Assembly: GCA_036257415.1 (NCBI GenBank)
Contig: DATAFP010000039.1
Coordinates: 1 to 45,569 of the forward strand
DNA length: 45,569 bases
Direction of reading: 5' to 3'
Source of the DNA: Gemmatimonadales bacterium
GTDB lineage: Bacteria > Gemmatimonadota > Gemmatimonadetes > Gemmatimonadales > GWC2-71-9
Both the position numbers and the translations under genes were made by a program. This document shows, one piece after another, positions 35,565 to 43,336 of the stretch; positions within the stretch are counted from its first letter, which is position 1; each line of letters starts with the position of its first letter. The notes beneath the pieces were generated by a model that did no database searches, was not told the origin of the DNA, and saw nothing but the letters and a program-made list of their open reading frames with translations.

Positions 35565-35600
35565 TGATTCAATTGTATCACAATGATGAGCAATCGCGCA
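35541..35600. promoter_or_regulatory. AT-rich divergent promoter region with three TGATTCA half-sites
   Basis: TGATTCA-GA-TGAATCA is a perfect 7-2-7 palindrome at 35544-35559. A third TGATTCA lies at 35565-35571. The segment is by far the most AT-rich in this part of the window and sits between the chrB-like gene and the SufS-like gene. The palindrome overlaps the first chrB codons. Confidence 0.4.
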
Positions 35601-35619
35601 AGTCTCACGGGGGTACGCA

Positions 35620-36972
35620 ATGGATCTTGAGCGACGAGAGCTCCTCGGCCTCCTGGGGGCGGGGGCGGCAACGTGGGGTCGCGGAGCTCCACTTGGGATG
35701 GTGCGTCGGGTGAGGCAGGCGGTTGTCCGCGACGATTGGCGCGGCCAGTTCCCGGCGCTGACGCAACGGATAGACGGGCAGCGGCTCTTCTACCTCGATT
35801 CCGCCGCCACCACGCTGAGGCCGGACGCGGTGATCGAGGCGATGGTCGACTTCTACCGCGGGGATAACGCCAATCCCTCCGCGACGCTGCATACGCTGGC
35901 CCGCCGGACACACTCCCGGTACGAGTCGGCCCGCGCCGAGATCGCGAGCTTCATCGGAGCAGCGGACGCAAGCGAGATCGTGTTCACCCGGGGGACCACC
36001 GAGGCCCTCAACCTCGTCGCTTCGGCCTGGGGCGGCGCGCAGCTCGCCCCGGGCGACGAGATCCTGCTCAGCATCGCCGAGCATGCATCCAACCTGGTGC
36101 CCTGGATGCTCGTCGCGCGGCGAACGAGGGCGGTGCTCCGATTCTTCGACGTCGACCGCGCGGGCCGCATGCGGCTCGACGACTTCGAGCGGAAGCTCAC
36201 GCGAAGAACCCGTGTGGTCGCTTTCAGCCACGTGTCCAATGTGCTCGGCTACATCAATCCCGTAGCGGAGATCTCGGCGCGGGCCCGCGCGCAAGGCGCG
36301 GTCGTGGTGGTCGACGCGGCCCAGTCGGTGCCTCACATCCCGGTAGACGTTGGTGCGCTCGGCGCCGACTTCGTGGCGTTCTCGGGACACAAGATGCTCG
36401 GCCCGATGGGGGTCGGCGTGCTCTGGGGCCGCCGCGCCATGCTGGACGCGATGCCGCCGTATCAAGGCGGCAGTAACATGGCGCACGAGGTGGGGACCGA
36501 GCCAGCCGAGCTCGAGGCTCATCTCGTATCCGGCGGGCACAAGTTTGGCGCGGGCACACCGAATGTGGCCGGGGCGATCGGCATTGCCTCGGCAGTCCGG
36601 TTTATCCGATCGATCGGAATGCGGGAACTTCGGGCGCACGAAGAGCGTCTGGTCCAGCGCGGGCTCGACCGGCTCCGAGCGGTGCAGGGCCTGCGCCTCC
36701 TGGGCCCCGCCGAATCGGAGAATCGGATCGCCGTCTTCTCGTTTACCCTCGAGGGGTTCACCGTGCCGGAGGTGGTCCGGGCGCTGGACTCCGAAGGGAT
36801 CGCCGTGCGGGGCGGGGACCTTGCTGCGACGCCCCTGCTGGCGCGCCTCGGGACCAAAGCCGCGATCCGGGCGTCGTGCTATCTGTACACCACGACCGGT
36901 GAGCTGGACATGCTGGCCGAATCGCTGCACCGGCTCACTCGCCAGCGCCGCCTGCTGGAGTCGCCCCGGTGA
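35620..36972 (+). CDS. class V aminotransferase, SufS/CsdA-like, with Tat-like signal and no canonical catalytic Cys
   Basis: The sequence is collinear with SufS as I recall it: YLDSAATT, FTRGTTEALN, SHVSNVLG, DAAQS, FSGHKMLGP and FGAGTPNVAG. The GHHCA loop is GGDLAA here. The N-terminus MDLERRELLGLLGAGAATWG resembles a twin-arginine signal. Confidence 0.75.
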   Translation: MDLERRELLGLLGAGAATWGRGAPLGMVRRVRQAVVRDDWRGQFPALTQRIDGQRLFYLDSAATTLRPDAVIEAMVDFYRGDNANPSATLHTLARRTHSRYESARAEIASFIGAADASEIVFTRGTTEALNLVASAWGGAQLAPGDEILLSIAEHASNLVPWMLVARRTRAVLRFFDVDRAGRMRLDDFERKLTRRTRVVAFSHVSNVLGYINPVAEISARARAQGAVVVVDAAQSVPHIPVDVGALGADFVAFSGHKMLGPMGVGVLWGRRAMLDAMPPYQGGSNMAHEVGTEPAELEAHLVSGGHKFGAGTPNVAGAIGIASAVRFIRSIGMRELRAHEERLVQRGLDRLRAVQGLRLLGPAESENRIAVFSFTLEGFTVPEVVRALDSEGIAVRGGDLAATPLLARLGTKAAIRASCYLYTTTGELDMLAESLHRLTRQRRLLESPR

Positions 36973-37011
36973 GCGATATTGAAGCCGGTATCCGCGAGAC
37001 GCGAGCAGCGA

Positions 37012-37812
37012 ATGACCATCGCCGAAATCACAGTGACCAGTCTGGGCGAGCTGATCGACGGCGTGACCCCCACGGCGCCCGATCCTGCCACCGGCCGCCG
37101 GCGCGACACGGGCGTATATCGCGGCGCGGCGGACGCGCGTTGGTCGCTGCTCACGAGCCTCGATCGCCTGGGCGGCGTGCATCCGCCGCACTCGAAGGCG
37201 GGGCTCGAGGAGCACGTACTGCGAAACTTCATCCGGTATTCGCGCCCGCACCTGGCGGCGTCGCCACCGGCAAACGAGTGGGAGCTACTGGTGCAGGCCC
37301 AGCACCACGGGCTTCCTACGCGACTGCTCGACTGGACCTACTCGCCGTTGGTGGCGGCGCACTTCGCGACCCTGCAGCACCGCCCGGGCGGCGACGCGGC
37401 GGTTTGGCGACTCGACTGGCAGCAGGTGCATCGCCGGTTCGGGTTCCCGGCGATGGCCATCGCGATCGAGGATCTGGAGCGGCTCTTCCCGGGCGACGGC
37501 GCGTTTACGCCGTGGACGTTGTTCCGCGCGAGCCGGGGGCCCGACGTGTTCGCGTTCATGATCGAGCCGCCGTCACTCGGCGCGCGGATCGCGGTTCAAT
37601 CGTCCACCTTCACGATCTCGAGCGACAAGAACCAGGGGTTCGACTGCTTCCTCGAGCACCATGACCTCGGCGGGGCACTCACCAAGCTGGTGATTCCGGA
37701 GGCCGAGGTGCCGCGCATCCGCGACCAGCTCGACCTGGTGGGCGTGGACGAGCGGCGCCTCTTTCCCGACCTCGATGGCGTGGCCGCTCAGCTCAGGCGC
37801 TATTACTCGTAG
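37012..37812 (+). CDS. FRG domain protein
   Basis: VYRGAADARWSL (the F/YRG motif), AQHHGLPTRLLDWTYSPLVAAHFA and RIAVQSSTFT are the blocks I associate with the FRG domain. Start is ATG 37012. Confidence 0.65.
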   Translation: MTIAEITVTSLGELIDGVTPTAPDPATGRRRDTGVYRGAADARWSLLTSLDRLGGVHPPHSKAGLEEHVLRNFIRYSRPHLAASPPANEWELLVQAQHHGLPTRLLDWTYSPLVAAHFATLQHRPGGDAAVWRLDWQQVHRRFGFPAMAIAIEDLERLFPGDGAFTPWTLFRASRGPDVFAFMIEPPSLGARIAVQSSTFTISSDKNQGFDCFLEHHDLGGALTKLVIPEAEVPRIRDQLDLVGVDERRLFPDLDGVAAQLRRYYS

Positions 37813-38044
37813 CCGACCGCTCCGCCAGCAGCCGCTCGGTGAAATCGAGCCGGTTCTCCAGCTCCGAGACCCGCGTCTCCAGCTGATCCACCAGCGCGAG
37901 CCGCGCCTTCGTTTCCTCGTCCGGCTCCGCTCGCACCGGCCGCGGGTCTCGCTCCCAACGGCGATGCCGACGGTGCGGCGCAAACCAGAAGAACATCAGG
38001 ATCGGAAAGATCCACCACCACCCCCATGCGTGTTCCATGATCAC
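37793..38044 (-). CDS. small membrane protein with Trp-rich TM helix and coiled-coil tail
   Basis: GTGA overlap with the PadR stop. WGWWWIFPILMFFWF is a TM helix, followed by LVDQLETRVSELENRLDFTERLL. The 3' end overlaps the convergent FRG gene by 20 nt. Confidence 0.55.
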   Translation of the reverse strand: MIMEHAWGWWWIFPILMFFWFAPHRRHRRWERDPRPVRAEPDEETKARLALVDQLETRVSELENRLDFTERLLAERSATSNSA

Positions 38045-38658
38045 GCACTCCTTCCGGTCCCGGACTCACCCGCGGGACGCTCCCATTCGCGTTCGATCTC
38101 GTCGGTGGCGCGCCGCAGGATTTCCACCACGCGCGCAACCGCGGGGTGGTCCGGGCCGCGGCGCCACGCCTGCTTGTAGGTCAGCCCGGCTAGTCGGGCA
38201 AACGCTGCGTTGAGCTCGCCCATGGAGCCACCCGCCACGTCGCGCAGGGTATCGCGCACCCGGCCGAGGATCTCGTCGAGCACGTCCTGATTGTCGTTGA
38301 GGAATCGCTCGCCTTCGGGCGTGATGTGGTAGACCTTCCGGCCTTCGGTCTCGACGGCGCGCACGTAGCCCTGATCTTCCAGCAGCTGCAGGGTGGGGTA
38401 CACGGTGCCGGCGGACGGGGTGTAATGCCCGCCCATCCGCTCCTCCAGCGCCTTGATGATCTCGTAGCCGTGTCTCGGCTTTTCCCTGAGCAGGCGCAGG
38501 ATCACGAACTTGATCTCGCCCGACTCGAACATCTGGCTCCGGCGCCGGCGCCCTCCAGACTTTGGCCCGCCGAACCCCCAGGCGAATCCAAGCCCGCCCG
38601 GACCGCAGCCCCCGAACAGATCGCCGAACCCCCAATCATCCCTATGTCTGTGCCGCAC
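38041..38658 (-). CDS. PadR family transcriptional regulator with Gly-rich N-terminal extension
   Basis: FVILRLLREKPRHGYEIIKALEERMGG...SAGTVYPTLQLLEDQGYV is the PadR winged helix. GTG 38658 sits 5 nt after GGAGG. Confidence 0.85.
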   Translation of the reverse strand: MRHRHRDDWGFGDLFGGCGPGGLGFAWGFGGPKSGGRRRRSQMFESGEIKFVILRLLREKPRHGYEIIKALEERMGGHYTPSAGTVYPTLQLLEDQGYVRAVETEGRKVYHITPEGERFLNDNQDVLDEILGRVRDTLRDVAGGSMGELNAAFARLAGLTYKQAWRRGPDHPAVARVVEILRRATDEIEREWERPAGESGTGRSA

Positions 38659-38700
38659 AAGTACCTCCGATTAGAAATAGCGCTCGATATGCCGTAAGCC

Positions 38701-38737
38701 ATATCGGAGATATATCGTGCGAAATATCTCCAGATAT
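38701..38737. promoter_or_regulatory. candidate PadR operator (nested inverted repeats)
   Basis: GGAGATAT (38706-38713) and ATATCTCC (38724-38731) form a perfect 8-bp inverted repeat with a 10-nt spacer. Each arm is itself embedded in an ATATC-N3/4-GATAT mini-palindrome. The site lies 43-79 nt upstream of the PadR start, in an AT-rich divergent intergenic region. Confidence 0.45.
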
Positions 38738-38803
38738 GTCAAGACCCCGTACAACGGTTTACGCCTGTCCGGCCACTCATAGCATCTCCTGCCGGAGTAC
38801 CAC

Positions 38804-39484
38804 GTGATCGACAACGCGAGGGATCGTCGCCGGGTCGCGGCGTGCGTCTGGGTAGTCGTGCTGAGCGCCGGATCGTTGTCGGCGCAGAGCCGGAATACCG
38901 GCCAGTCGGGTCCGCGCAAGCTTCTGCCGCGGGGCGAAGAGATCGCGCTGGCCCGAAGCGCAGCCCCGGCCCAGGTTTCCAGCGACGCCACGGTCTGGGT
39001 GTTCACCGACTCGGGCTACGTGATCGGGGAGTCGGGCAGCAATGGGGTCGCCTGCTACGTGGGGCGGAGCTGGCAGGAAAGCGTCGAGCCCCACTGCTTC
39101 GACACCGAGGGCGCCGCCACGATTCTGCCGATCGAGATGAGGACGGTGGAGCTGTATCACCGCGGTCGTTCGCCGGAGCAGGTGGAGCGGGAGATCGCGG
39201 TCGAGCTGGCATCCGGTCGCCTGCGCACTCCACGGCGTCCGGCGCTGACCTGGATGCAGTCCGGGGCGCAGCAGCTCATCCGCGACGACGGCAAGCCGGT
39301 GGGACGCTGGCAGCCGCACCTCATGATCTACTACCCGTACCTCACCGGCGCGGAGCTGGGCCTGGGCTCGGTGTCCGATCTCAAGGGCGCGGTGCTGGTG
39401 GATGGCGGCACACCCACGTCCAATCTCATGATCGTCACGCGAGAGTTCGTCCAGCCCGAGCTGCCCGCGGCTCCAGCCCGATGA
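38804..39484 (+). CDS. exported protein, unknown function
   Basis: GTG start. Signal peptide RRRVAACVWVVVLSAGSLSAQS. Two Cys residues. Remote resemblance to the 11952-12551 protein. Confidence 0.55.
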   Translation: MIDNARDRRRVAACVWVVVLSAGSLSAQSRNTGQSGPRKLLPRGEEIALARSAAPAQVSSDATVWVFTDSGYVIGESGSNGVACYVGRSWQESVEPHCFDTEGAATILPIEMRTVELYHRGRSPEQVEREIAVELASGRLRTPRRPALTWMQSGAQQLIRDDGKPVGRWQPHLMIYYPYLTGAELGLGSVSDLKGAVLVDGGTPTSNLMIVTREFVQPELPAAPAR

Positions 39485-40017
39485 ACGGCGCGGAGCCGCC
39501 TGATCGTGACCTGGTGACGCTGGTCGCCGAGGGTGGCGACGAGGCCGCGTTCCGTATGCTGTATCGCCGCCATTCCGCGCGGCTCTACCGTACCGCGCTT
39601 CGGCTCGCCGCCGGCGACGCCGCCGAAGCGGAGGAGATCGCGCACGACGTCTGGATTCGCGCCGTTGCGCGCTTCCGCGATTTCCAGTGGCGGGCGCAGC
39701 TGCCCACTTGGCTGATCTCGATCGCGGTCAACTGTGCCCGCGAACGGAGACGCTCCGCGGACCGGATCGAAGCCATCGACGTCGAGCCGGTGGCGCTCGA
39801 TCGCGAGCTCGAGACAGCGCTGGCTCGCATCGACGTGGAGCGCGCGCTCGCGCGGCTGCCGGCCGGATATCGCGACGTCGTCGTGCTGCACGAGCTGGAG
39901 GGATTCACCCACGAAGAGATCGCGGCGCTGCTCGGCATCGAGCCGGGCACGTCCAAGAGCCAGCTGCACCACGCGCGCCGCCGGCTCCGCACGCTGATCG
40001 GAGAGGAGCGGTTATGA
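39481..40017 (+). CDS. ECF-type RNA polymerase sigma-70 factor
   Basis: Region 2: DVWIRAVARFRDFQWRAQLPTWLISIAVNCARE. Region 4: YRDVVVLHELEGFTHEEIAALLGIEPGTSKSQLHHARRRL. ATGA overlap with the upstream gene. Confidence 0.85.
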   Translation: MNGAEPPDRDLVTLVAEGGDEAAFRMLYRRHSARLYRTALRLAAGDAAEAEEIAHDVWIRAVARFRDFQWRAQLPTWLISIAVNCARERRRSADRIEAIDVEPVALDRELETALARIDVERALARLPAGYRDVVVLHELEGFTHEEIAALLGIEPGTSKSQLHHARRRLRTLIGEERL

Positions 40018-40538
40018 CCGAATGGGAGTCGGTCGAGCCACCTGCCGAGCTGGAGGAACGGGTGGTCAGAACGCTGCGGCACCAGGGTTGGCTCCGCACG
40101 GCGGGTCGTGCACCTCGGCGTCTGGCAAGGTGGTGGGTCTGGCCCGCGGCGCTCGCTGCGGGCCTGCTGCTCTTCATCGGCGGATTCGCCCTGGGGCGAC
40201 ATCCGGCCACAGCCGAAACGGCTGGACGCCGGCAGTACACCCTGCTGTTGTACGAGGGACCCGGCTTCAACCCGGCTGGAGTGCGAGAGCCGGCGCTGGT
40301 GCGGGAATACACTGCGTGGGCTGGCGCGCTCGCGGGCCGCGGGCAGCTGGTCGGCGGCGAGAAGCTCGGCGCGAACGAGTGGACCCTTGGCGCCGATCCC
40401 GCCGGGCCCTTCCGACGGCCGGCGGGGTTCTTCGTGATCGCCGCGCGCGACGACGCCGAGGCGCTTGCGATCGCCCGGACCTGTCCCCACCTGCGGCACG
40501 GCGGCACGATCTCGGTCCGCCCCATCGAGCCGACCTGA
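40014..40538 (+). CDS. single-pass membrane protein with C-terminal YCII-like domain (candidate anti-sigma/partner)
   Basis: ATGA overlap with the sigma stop. A short N-terminus is followed by the TM helix WWVWPAALAAGLLLFIGGFAL. The C-terminus YTLLLYEG...GFFVIAARDDAEALAIARTCPHLRHGGTISVRPIE has the YCII pattern. Confidence 0.6.
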   Translation: MTEWESVEPPAELEERVVRTLRHQGWLRTAGRAPRRLARWWVWPAALAAGLLLFIGGFALGRHPATAETAGRRQYTLLLYEGPGFNPAGVREPALVREYTAWAGALAGRGQLVGGEKLGANEWTLGADPAGPFRRPAGFFVIAARDDAEALAIARTCPHLRHGGTISVRPIEPT

Positions 40539-40612
40539 CCCGGCCCGCGCGCGGATTGCGCCGCAGGATGTGCTAGGGAAACCTTACGGCACCCTCGCAC
40601 GTCAGGGAGCCG

Positions 40613-41944
40613 ATGCTGTTCGTGCTCGCCACGGCCGCCGCTGCCGTCACGATCCATTCCATTCCGCAAGCGCCTCCCGACACCGCCGTCATCGTCTTCA
40701 CCGACGTGACCGTGGTGCCGATGGACCGGCCTCGCGTACTCGAGGGCCAGAACGTGGTAGTGCACGGCGGGCGCATCACCGCCGTCGGCCCGGCGGCCAC
40801 CATGCGGATCGCAGCCGGCGCCACCCGCATCGACGGCCGGGGCAAGTATCTCATGCCCGGCATCGCGGAGATGCATGCCCATGTGCCCGGCGAGCAGAAT
40901 CCGCAGGCCGTGGACATGATGGCGCTGTACGCGCTCACCGGCGCAACCACGATCCGCGGCATGAACGGCACCCCGTTCCAGCACGAGCTCCGGCGCCGCA
41001 TCGACGCGGGGGAGATCGTGGGGCCGACGTTGTTCGCCGTCGCGCCACCGTTCAGCGGACAATCGGTGGGTGGCCCCGATGACGAGCGCCGCAAGGTGCG
41101 AGAGTACAAGGCCGCCGGCTACGACGTGCTAAAGATCTATCCCGGGATCCCACTGGAGACCTATGACGCGATCGTGGCCACCGCGCGGGAGGTCGGGATT
41201 CCATACGCCGGGCACGTCCCGCCCGAGGTCGGCCTTCGCCACGCCATCGCCTCGCGGCAGTCGGTGGAGCACCTGGACGGGTACGTCGAGACCAGCCGGG
41301 GCGACGACGCCGTCATCGCCGAGCTCGCCCGCGCCACCCGCGATGCGGGGATCTGGCTCGCCCCCACGATGGATGTGTGGAAGACGATCCTCGGCACCCG
41401 TGCTACCGACGAGCTGCGCCGGCGTCCGGAGCTCATCTACATGCGGCCCGAGGTCGTGGACCAGTGGGTGAAGCAAACGACGCAGTTCGCCCGCGGAGGC
41501 GGAAGTTTCTGGCAGGCGGCACTGGAGCAGGTGGGGATGCGGGAATCGCCCGCGGAGATCGTGGCGCTTCGCGACCGGATCCTGCAGGCGCTGCACCGAG
41601 CCGGCGCCCGGCTCCTGCTCGGCGCCGACTCACCGCAGGTGTTCAGCGTTCCCGGATTTTCGCTCGCCCGCGAGATGCGGGCGATGGTGGAGGCCGGCGT
41701 CCCCACGTATGCGGTCCTCGAGGCGGCGACCAAGAATCCGGCCGCGTTCTTCGGGCGCGAGGAAGAGTTCGGCACGGTCGAGGTAGGAAAACGGGCCGAC
41801 CTCATCCTGCTGGACGGCAATCCGCTGGAGGACATCCGGAACGTGCACCGGCAGGCGGGGGTGATGGTGCGCGGGCGGTGGCTGCCCAAGGCGGAGATCG
41901 ACCGGCGGCTGGCGGAGATCGCCGCGCGGGCTCGGGGCCGCTAA
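40613..41944 (+). CDS. amidohydrolase family metallohydrolase, exported
   Basis: Signal peptide MLFVLATAAAAVTIHS. MPGIAEMHAHV (HxH), VEHLDG and GKRADLILLDGNPLEDIRN are also present. Confidence 0.75.
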   Translation: MLFVLATAAAAVTIHSIPQAPPDTAVIVFTDVTVVPMDRPRVLEGQNVVVHGGRITAVGPAATMRIAAGATRIDGRGKYLMPGIAEMHAHVPGEQNPQAVDMMALYALTGATTIRGMNGTPFQHELRRRIDAGEIVGPTLFAVAPPFSGQSVGGPDDERRKVREYKAAGYDVLKIYPGIPLETYDAIVATAREVGIPYAGHVPPEVGLRHAIASRQSVEHLDGYVETSRGDDAVIAELARATRDAGIWLAPTMDVWKTILGTRATDELRRRPELIYMRPEVVDQWVKQTTQFARGGGSFWQAALEQVGMRESPAEIVALRDRILQALHRAGARLLLGADSPQVFSVPGFSLAREMRAMVEAGVPTYAVLEAATKNPAAFFGREEEFGTVEVGKRADLILLDGNPLEDIRNVHRQAGVMVRGRWLPKAEIDRRLAEIAARARGR

Positions 41945-41945
41945 C

Positions 41946-43331
41946 TCAGCGCGGGAGTCCCAGCCCCGGCTGGTAGAGCGATTGAATGCGGGTGGCCCGG
42001 AAGACGTAGCCGGGGTCGCCGTGGATCTCCCACACGATCTCCCCGGTCGAGTTGAACTCCTGCACCCGATTCCCATTGCCGAACGCCACGAGCGTTCGGG
42101 GTCCGGGCAGCTGCTGGGTAGTGCCGCCCAGCATCGCCACCGTGGCCGGCGCCGGCGTCATCGCGGCCTCGAAGGACAAGGTGCCCGAATCCTCGTCGAT
42201 CATGTAGCGCTCGGCGCGGCTGCCGACGGCCTCACCCAGGTTGTCCAGCACCACGAACGTGCGCGGGCCGCCGGTACGGACACCATGTTGCCGGCGGAAC
42301 GGCGGGAGCGGATCGGCGAAGGTCAGCTGATTGGCTCGCCCGCCGATGCGCCAGAGCACCGCGCCGCTCTGGGTGTTGATGATCGTGATCTCGCTCAAAC
42401 TGCGGAACGAAACCACCAGATCACCGTTCGGAGCCAGGTCGATCGCATTGCCGTGGGTCCAGTTGACGTCGGGACCGGTGCGGTCGGCCGGGTCGAGGTC
42501 GTCGATCGAGAAGTGGTCGAACGGACTCCAATCGAACAGCACGCTTCCATCCTGCCCGATGTGCTGAACCACGGTGCCGGTGACCCGTGCGGCGGCGACG
42601 CCGCCGCTGGCCGACAGATCCATCACCCGCGACTCGTCGCACATGACCCAGTACGATCCGTCCGCGACCGCGATCAGATCGTGAAATCGCGCGATGAGTC
42701 CGCGGGCGCAGCCGAGCGTGCGGGTCACATTGCCGAGCGGATCGATCTCGAGCCAGGGCACGGGGCTCAGGTTGGTGATCGGCCGGGTGTAATACCGGCC
42801 GGTGGGCTGGGGTTCGAAGTTGAGCGTGGCCGGATCGGCCAGACGCACGTACCACACGACCCGTCCGGTGTTGTCGATGGCGAGGCCGTAACCGCCGCCG
42901 GAGAACACGACGTAACCCGGCGACGGGTCTGATCCGCCTGCGCTGTAGGATGGCAGGTCCGCAGGGAGGGCTCCGGTTGTGAGGTGGAGCAGCTCGCTGC
43001 GTGCGACGCCACCTGGGCCATACGCCGCGACCTTGAGTGCGTACGAGGTACTCGGCAACAGGCCGAGCACCGGGATCACGGCCGAATCGCCGACTACACT
43101 GACGGCGGGCGCGATGCTGTCGAGCGCTCCGCTCTCCACCGTGCCGAAGCGCGCGCCGGCGCTGTCGCCATCCTGGAGCCGTACCCGTATGATCGCGCTG
43201 AGCACGTTCGCGGGCGCCGCCGCGGCTTCCGCCATATCGATGGTGGGTCGAGGCGCGACCGGCAGATCACCCGGCTCGGTGAGACACGCCGCGAGCAGGG
43301 CAGTCGCGATGCAGCAAGCCGTGTGGCGCAT
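41946..43331 (-). CDS. arylsulfotransferase (ASST)-like beta-propeller lipoprotein
   Basis: MRHTACCIATALLAAC provides a lipobox. HDLIAVADGSYWVMCDE and NWTHGNAIDLAPNGDLVVSFRSLSEITIINTQSGAVLWRIGG resemble ASST family blocks. Confidence 0.5.
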   Translation of the reverse strand: MRHTACCIATALLAACLTEPGDLPVAPRPTIDMAEAAAAPANVLSAIIRVRLQDGDSAGARFGTVESGALDSIAPAVSVVGDSAVIPVLGLLPSTSYALKVAAYGPGGVARSELLHLTTGALPADLPSYSAGGSDPSPGYVVFSGGGYGLAIDNTGRVVWYVRLADPATLNFEPQPTGRYYTRPITNLSPVPWLEIDPLGNVTRTLGCARGLIARFHDLIAVADGSYWVMCDESRVMDLSASGGVAAARVTGTVVQHIGQDGSVLFDWSPFDHFSIDDLDPADRTGPDVNWTHGNAIDLAPNGDLVVSFRSLSEITIINTQSGAVLWRIGGRANQLTFADPLPPFRRQHGVRTGGPRTFVVLDNLGEAVGSRAERYMIDEDSGTLSFEAAMTPAPATVAMLGGTTQQLPGPRTLVAFGNGNRVQEFNSTGEIVWEIHGDPGYVFRATRIQSLYQPGLGLPR

Positions 43332-43336
43332 GGCGG

